Assembly: GCA_001873435.1 (NCBI GenBank)
Contig: MNZB01000002.1
Coordinates: 65,620 to 129,619 of the forward strand
Length of the DNA stretch: 64,000 bases
Source: Candidatus Pacebacteria bacterium CG2_30_36_39
Lineage (GTDB): Bacteria; Patescibacteriota; Microgenomatia; UBA1400; PJMF01
Direction of reading: 5' to 3'
Part shown: positions 59,330-64,000 of the stretch, piece by piece
Position numbering within the stretch: the stretch's first letter is position 1
How the letters are laid out: each line of letters opens with the position of its first letter
Notes under the pieces: model-generated
The model's input: the letters and a program-made list of their open reading frames with translations, nothing else
What the model was told of the DNA's origin: nothing
Database searches by the model: none
Translations under genes and position numbers: made by a program

Positions 59330-59599
59330 ATGGCTAAAAAACGAACTAAAGCACAAAAAAAACATGCAAAAATAACCTTAACACAAGGTGGTATGGGTTA
59401 TGCTTATGGCCAAGAATCAGCTGTTTCTTCAAATCAAAAAAAACAAGAAAATAGTAAGATAAAAAAAGAGTCTGACAATGGTTTTTCCAAACAAGAACAA
59501 AGCTTTATTATTAAAGATTTAATTAAAACAATTATTTTTACCTTGATAATAACAGCTGCATTATTATTAATTTTTGTTTATACTAAGACATCTTATTGA
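59330..59599 (+). CDS. Small basic protein with C-terminal TM
   Basis: 89 aa with AAGGA SD. Confidence 0.65.
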   Translation: MAKKRTKAQKKHAKITLTQGGMGYAYGQESAVSSNQKKQENSKIKKESDNGFSKQEQSFIIKDLIKTIIFTLIITAALLLIFVYTKTSY

Positions 59600-59620
59600 G
59601 AAAAAGGAGTATTTTAAAAC

Positions 59621-60817
59621 ATGCAAAAAAAGCATCTTATCCTAGCCCTGGTTCTTTATGCAGTTTCTGCCATTGGATCATTTAGCGTCTTTTCATATGT
59701 AGATAAATCAAAAGTAGTTTTACCAGGTGGTAAAAACTCCAATACTGGTACTGATGGCACAACCCTACTTGGCGCTTTATTAGAAATTGATCCTCAAGCC
59801 CCTAGAGACCAAGTTTGTCCTCTCAATGGCACAATGTACACTCAGTTAGAAAAAGATACTTGGGAAACTCGCAGACCTCTATTTGTCATGATCGAAAATC
59901 ACCCTGAAGCTAGACCTCAATCTGGTCTTTCTAGGGCTGATTTAGTTTTTGAAGCAGTAGCTGAGGGTGGAGTAACCCGTTTTGGAGCCATGTTCTATTG
60001 TGCAGCTCAAATTCAAGATATAACTTTGGCTCCTATTAGATCTGCTCGTACCTATTTTGTTGATTTAGCCTCTGGTTTTAACCTGCCAATGTATGTTCAT
60101 GTTGGTGGAGCAAACGTTCCAGGTCCAACCGATGCCTTGGGCCAAATTGTTGATTATGGTTGGAATTTACAAAATGATATCAATCAGTTTTCAGTAGGCT
60201 ATCCAACTTTTGTCCGTGATTATAATCGTGTGCCAGGTAAAGAATTAGCTACAGAACACACGATGGTTACTACCACTGAAAAACTTTGGGCCGTTGCCTT
60301 GGATCGCGATTGGACAAACATGTCTCCAGATCGAAAAGTTGGTAGAAAAGTAGTTGAAGGCTCTGACTGGAAAGCTGGCTATGAAGGTTGGACTTTTGAA
60401 AAAGAAGCTCCTGCCGCTGGTTCAGTTAATAAGATTAGTTATGATTTTTGGAGTGGTTATGGTGATTATTCAGTTAGCTGGGAATTTGATTCTGCCAAGG
60501 ATGCTTATGCTCGGTCAATGGGCGGAGAAAAGCATATGGATATTAATAATGATGAACAAATTATGGCAAAGAACGTAGTTGTATTGTTTATGACCGAAAA
60601 AGGTCCTATTAATGAAAAGAAACATATGCTTTATGGCACTATCGGTACTGGTAAGGCATTAGTGTTTAAACACGGCATTGCCACCGAAGTTACTTGGAGT
60701 AAGAAGACTCGTACTTCTGAATTAGAACTACTAGATTCTAAAGGCAAAACAATCGAACTTGCCAGAGGTCTAACTTGGTTCTCAATTTTAGCAACTGGTA
60801 GCGATGTTAATTATTAG
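59621..60817 (+). CDS. DUF3048 (YerB-like) protein
   Basis: MIEN...ARPQSGL..AD, EGGVTR and PIRSAR motifs. Confidence 0.85.
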   Translation: MQKKHLILALVLYAVSAIGSFSVFSYVDKSKVVLPGGKNSNTGTDGTTLLGALLEIDPQAPRDQVCPLNGTMYTQLEKDTWETRRPLFVMIENHPEARPQSGLSRADLVFEAVAEGGVTRFGAMFYCAAQIQDITLAPIRSARTYFVDLASGFNLPMYVHVGGANVPGPTDALGQIVDYGWNLQNDINQFSVGYPTFVRDYNRVPGKELATEHTMVTTTEKLWAVALDRDWTNMSPDRKVGRKVVEGSDWKAGYEGWTFEKEAPAAGSVNKISYDFWSGYGDYSVSWEFDSAKDAYARSMGGEKHMDINNDEQIMAKNVVVLFMTEKGPINEKKHMLYGTIGTGKALVFKHGIATEVTWSKKTRTSELELLDSKGKTIELARGLTWFSILATGSDVNY

Positions 60818-60884
60818 TAAAAACTTTTAAAAAAGTGATATACTTTTTTGAGTACAAAAATAACTCAAAAATATTTAAGAACAT

Positions 60885-61484
60885 ATGGCAGATTTACAAG
60901 ACCTGATTGTTTCCAGAGTAAGAGTGAAGATGCTAGAACTATTCTTCACCAATCCTGAGGAAATGTACTATGTACGAGAAATTACTAGGGCTATAAAAGA
61001 AGAAATTAACGCTGTTAGACGCGAGTTGGATCGCTTGCTTGGATCCGGACTTTTAAAAAGTGAGCAACGAGGCAATCGTTTATATTACTCACTCAACAAC
61101 CACTATTTATATTTTCAAGAATTCCAACAAATGATTGCTAAAAGCATTGGTCTTGGCAAAAAAATTCGTCGTTTACGACGTAAATTAGGGCAACTAGATT
61201 TTGTTATGTTCTCTGGAAAATTTGTTCGTGGCATTAAGCCTACTCAAAATGAAGTAGAAGTTCTTGTAATTGGCGATGTAGTATTGCCAGAACTACAAGC
61301 CTTAATGAAAGAAGAAGAAAAAGAACGAGGTCGAGAATTGAATTATGCTGTTTTTGATTCTCAAGAATTCGAGTTCCGTAAAACCCGTCGTGATCCATTT
61401 ATTATGGATATTCTATATAGCACTCGGGTGATGGTAATTGGTAATGAAGATGAGTTTGCCCATCGTCAAGTTCAGGGTATATAA
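60885..61484 (+). CDS. Winged-HTH protein with a degenerate nucleotidyltransferase-like C-terminal domain
   Basis: YVREITR...INAVRRELDRL...GNRLYY. Confidence 0.75.
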   Translation: MADLQDLIVSRVRVKMLELFFTNPEEMYYVREITRAIKEEINAVRRELDRLLGSGLLKSEQRGNRLYYSLNNHYLYFQEFQQMIAKSIGLGKKIRRLRRKLGQLDFVMFSGKFVRGIKPTQNEVEVLVIGDVVLPELQALMKEEEKERGRELNYAVFDSQEFEFRKTRRDPFIMDILYSTRVMVIGNEDEFAHRQVQGI

Positions 61485-61490
61485 GGACAC

Positions 61491-62879
61491 ATGAATAATT
61501 TAGGCAGACGTCTTACTTTTATTATTTTTTTAGCTTTGTTTTCACTCTATATTGCTTTACCAACCTCTATTTCATTAGATTTTTCTATGGCTGGTCGTCA
61601 AATTAAAGCCGATATAGATATTCCAAAAATCTCTCTCAATCTTTTTGGCAAAAATTTTTCATCTGATTTACCCCTCAAACAAGGACTAGATCTTCAAGGT
61701 GGAATGCAGGTAATTTTATTGGCTGATATGAATGGTATTGATTTACCAGACAGAGAAGATGCTTTGACTTCAGCTCAAGAAATCATTCGTCGCAGAGTTG
61801 ATTTGTATGGTGTTAGTGAACCCTTGATTCAAACTGCTAAAAGTGGCGACCAATATCGTTTAATTATTGAGCTTCCTGGAGTTGATGATCCTGCTCAAGC
61901 TTTGGCTTTGGTAGGCACCACTGCACAACTTGATTTTAGAGTGGAAACTGAATTACCAGCCTTAGATGAAAATGGCGAACAAACAGATACTCAAATTGGT
62001 TTTTTACCAACAGAACTGACTGGTAAAGAATTAAAAAAAGCAGCCACTCAATTTGATCCAAATACTGGAGAACCAGTGATTTCTTTACAATTTGATGATA
62101 AAGGTACTGAATTATTTGCTGCTATGACTACAGACTATGTTGGTAAAAGAATTGGAATTTTTATTGATGGTTATCCAGTAGTTGCTCCAGTAGTTTCTAC
62201 TCCAATCTTAACTGGTCAAGCAATAATGACTGGAAACTTTACTGTTGATGATGCCAAACAACTCGCTATTCAGTTAAATGCTGGGGCATTGCCAGTTCCT
62301 ATTCAAATTCTTGAGCAAAGAACTATCGGAGCTAATCTAGGCGAGGCTTCAGTTAAACAGAGTGTTTTTGCGGGCCTAGTAGGCTTAGGTTTGGTGGTTG
62401 TGTTTATGATCTTAAATTATGGTTTTCATGGAGCAGTTGCTGCTCTAGCTTTGGCAATTTATGCAGCATTAACCGTAGCGATATATAAGATTATGGGTGT
62501 AACTTTAACATTACCAGGAATAGCTGGTCTTTTATTATCTATTGGCATGGCTGTTGATGCTAATATCTTAATTTTTGAGCGTTTTAAAGAAGAATTCAGA
62601 GTTGGTCATAGTTATCTTAATGCTTTGGAACTTGGTTTCGGTCGAGCTTGGGAAAGTATTAAGGATGCAAATTTGGTTACTATTGTTACAGCTTTAGTTT
62701 TAATTAATCCTTTAAACTTAGAATTTTTAAATAGAAGCGGTATGGTGCGTGGTTTTGGTGTTACTTTACTAATAGGTGTATTACTTAGTTTATTCACTGG
62801 TGTTGTAGTTAGCCGAACTTTGTTAAGAGCTTTCGCTCCAATTTTACAAAAGTTTTATCATCAGAAGGATCAATCATGA
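61491..62879 (+). CDS. secD: Protein translocase subunit SecD
   Basis: GLDLQGG, GVSEP, AGALP and GMAVDANILIFER motifs. Confidence 0.95.
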   Translation: MNNLGRRLTFIIFLALFSLYIALPTSISLDFSMAGRQIKADIDIPKISLNLFGKNFSSDLPLKQGLDLQGGMQVILLADMNGIDLPDREDALTSAQEIIRRRVDLYGVSEPLIQTAKSGDQYRLIIELPGVDDPAQALALVGTTAQLDFRVETELPALDENGEQTDTQIGFLPTELTGKELKKAATQFDPNTGEPVISLQFDDKGTELFAAMTTDYVGKRIGIFIDGYPVVAPVVSTPILTGQAIMTGNFTVDDAKQLAIQLNAGALPVPIQILEQRTIGANLGEASVKQSVFAGLVGLGLVVVFMILNYGFHGAVAALALAIYAALTVAIYKIMGVTLTLPGIAGLLLSIGMAVDANILIFERFKEEFRVGHSYLNALELGFGRAWESIKDANLVTIVTALVLINPLNLEFLNRSGMVRGFGVTLLIGVLLSLFTGVVVSRTLLRAFAPILQKFYHQKDQS

Positions 62880-63739
62880 AATTCATGAAGTGGCGTTGGC
62901 TCTATTTCTTAATTTCTGCCATCGTGATTATTCCTGGAGTTTATTCATTATTTGTTAATGGTTTACGACCAGCTATTGATTTTACTGGTGGCGCTTTACT
63001 TGAGATAAAGATGGCGCAACAAAATATTACTGAAGAACAATGGATTAGTCTAGCTGGTGAAGAGTTGGCTTTACAATCTGTGCAAAAATCTGGTAACGAT
63101 GGCTATATTTTAAGAGGCAAGCCAGTTACTGAAGAAATAAAAGAGGTTTTTGTACAAAAAGCATTTCAAGAGTTTGGTACTGGAGAAGTAGTTAGATTTG
63201 AAACTGTTGGACCTATTTTGGGCCAAGAGTTAATTCAAAAAATGTTTGCTGCTGGAGTAATTGTAATTATTTTTATTCTTTTCTATGTAGCTCGTCAGTT
63301 TTCAGATATTTCTTTTGGTGTTTCGGCCATTTTGGCAATGTTCCACGATTCTTTGGTTGTAGTTGGTGGTTTCAGTCTATTAGGTTTCTTCTATGGTGTA
63401 GAAGTAGATGTTTTGTTTGTAACTGCCTTACTAACTACTCTCTCTTTTTCTGTTCATGACACAATCGTGGTTTTTGATCGCATCCGCGAATTACATCGCA
63501 AGTATCCAAGATATGATTTTGAAGATATGGCAAATCGTGCTGTTAGTGAGACTCTAGTTAGATCTTTAAATAATTCAATTACTATTGTTATGATGTTATT
63601 AGCTTTGGTTCTTTTAGGCGGAGGGTCAATTAAATGGTTTTCAGTAGCTTTATTAATAGGCGCTGTTACTGGTACTTATTCTAGTACTTTTACAGCAGTG
63701 CCTCTTCTAGTAGAGTGGAATAAACGTCGTAAAAAATAG
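62876..63739 (+). CDS. secF: Protein translocase subunit SecF
   Basis: IDFTGG, VGP..G, HD and DTIVVFDRIRE motifs. Confidence 0.95.
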   Translation: MKFMKWRWLYFLISAIVIIPGVYSLFVNGLRPAIDFTGGALLEIKMAQQNITEEQWISLAGEELALQSVQKSGNDGYILRGKPVTEEIKEVFVQKAFQEFGTGEVVRFETVGPILGQELIQKMFAAGVIVIIFILFYVARQFSDISFGVSAILAMFHDSLVVVGGFSLLGFFYGVEVDVLFVTALLTTLSFSVHDTIVVFDRIRELHRKYPRYDFEDMANRAVSETLVRSLNNSITIVMMLLALVLLGGGSIKWFSVALLIGAVTGTYSSTFTAVPLLVEWNKRRKK

Positions 63740-63741
63740 GT

Positions 63742-64000
63742 ATGTATAACCTTACTAATTACCAACAGCATCAGCTTGAAGTAATTGGTCAAATTGAAGA
63801 ATCATTAGCAAAAAATCAAGCAAAATTTACTATGGTTGAACCAGTAGCTGATTTTGTTAATGACGATAGAATTTGTTTGACTAGCGTTCATTTTCCAGAT
63901 CCAAAATTAATTAACAAGGTTTATAAAGAAATTATTGAACCACTTAAAAAAATTTCTCCGGAACATTTTTATTATCCATCTAGTTCAATCCATGCGACAA
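63742..64000 (+). CDS. Partial ORF, possible 2H-phosphoesterase
   Basis: Open from ATG 63742 to the window end; finishes in YYP...IHAT (HxT). Confidence 0.55.
   Translation, partial: MYNLTNYQQHQLEVIGQIEESLAKNQAKFTMVEPVADFVNDDRICLTSVHFPDPKLINKVYKEIIEPLKKISPEHFYYPSSSIHAT

Noticed and set aside
2558-62797. Many 60-120-aa ORFs overlapping long genes in the ORF track (e.g. 2558-2764, 13537-13827, 36907-37245, 58948-59280)
   Set aside because: They are antisense or out-of-frame shadows of well-supported genes, with no motifs or SD.

Overview
AT-rich bacterial chromosome segment, most consistent with a Patescibacteria (CPR, Microgenomates-like) genome. This is inferred from gene content and protein style, not from a marker search. 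Housekeeping blocks flank the window: aspS, dacA, gltX, ybeY, dnaX, ybaB, rdgB and a pgk-regulator-glpX-fba operon on the left; frr, rseP, secD and secF on the right. The centre is an accessory region ending in a ~24 kb integrative conjugative element (ICE, ~28924-53118) inserted at the 3' end of tRNA-Glu(CTC). The ICE encodes a large serine recombinase, VirD4, a relaxase, a pilin/VirB6/PrgI/VirB4/M23 module and a TIR plus membrane-protein defence pair. It also carries a complete diversity-generating retroelement (Avd, TR, RT). The DGR variable repeat is not C-terminal: it lies at residues ~347-386 of a 1526-aa surface protein, and its GAA-loop hairpin is embedded in the coding sequence. The attachment site lies inside the recombinase gene, so excision is predicted to swap the integrase C-terminus. 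Two older att scars with the same motif spacing lie just left of the ICE.
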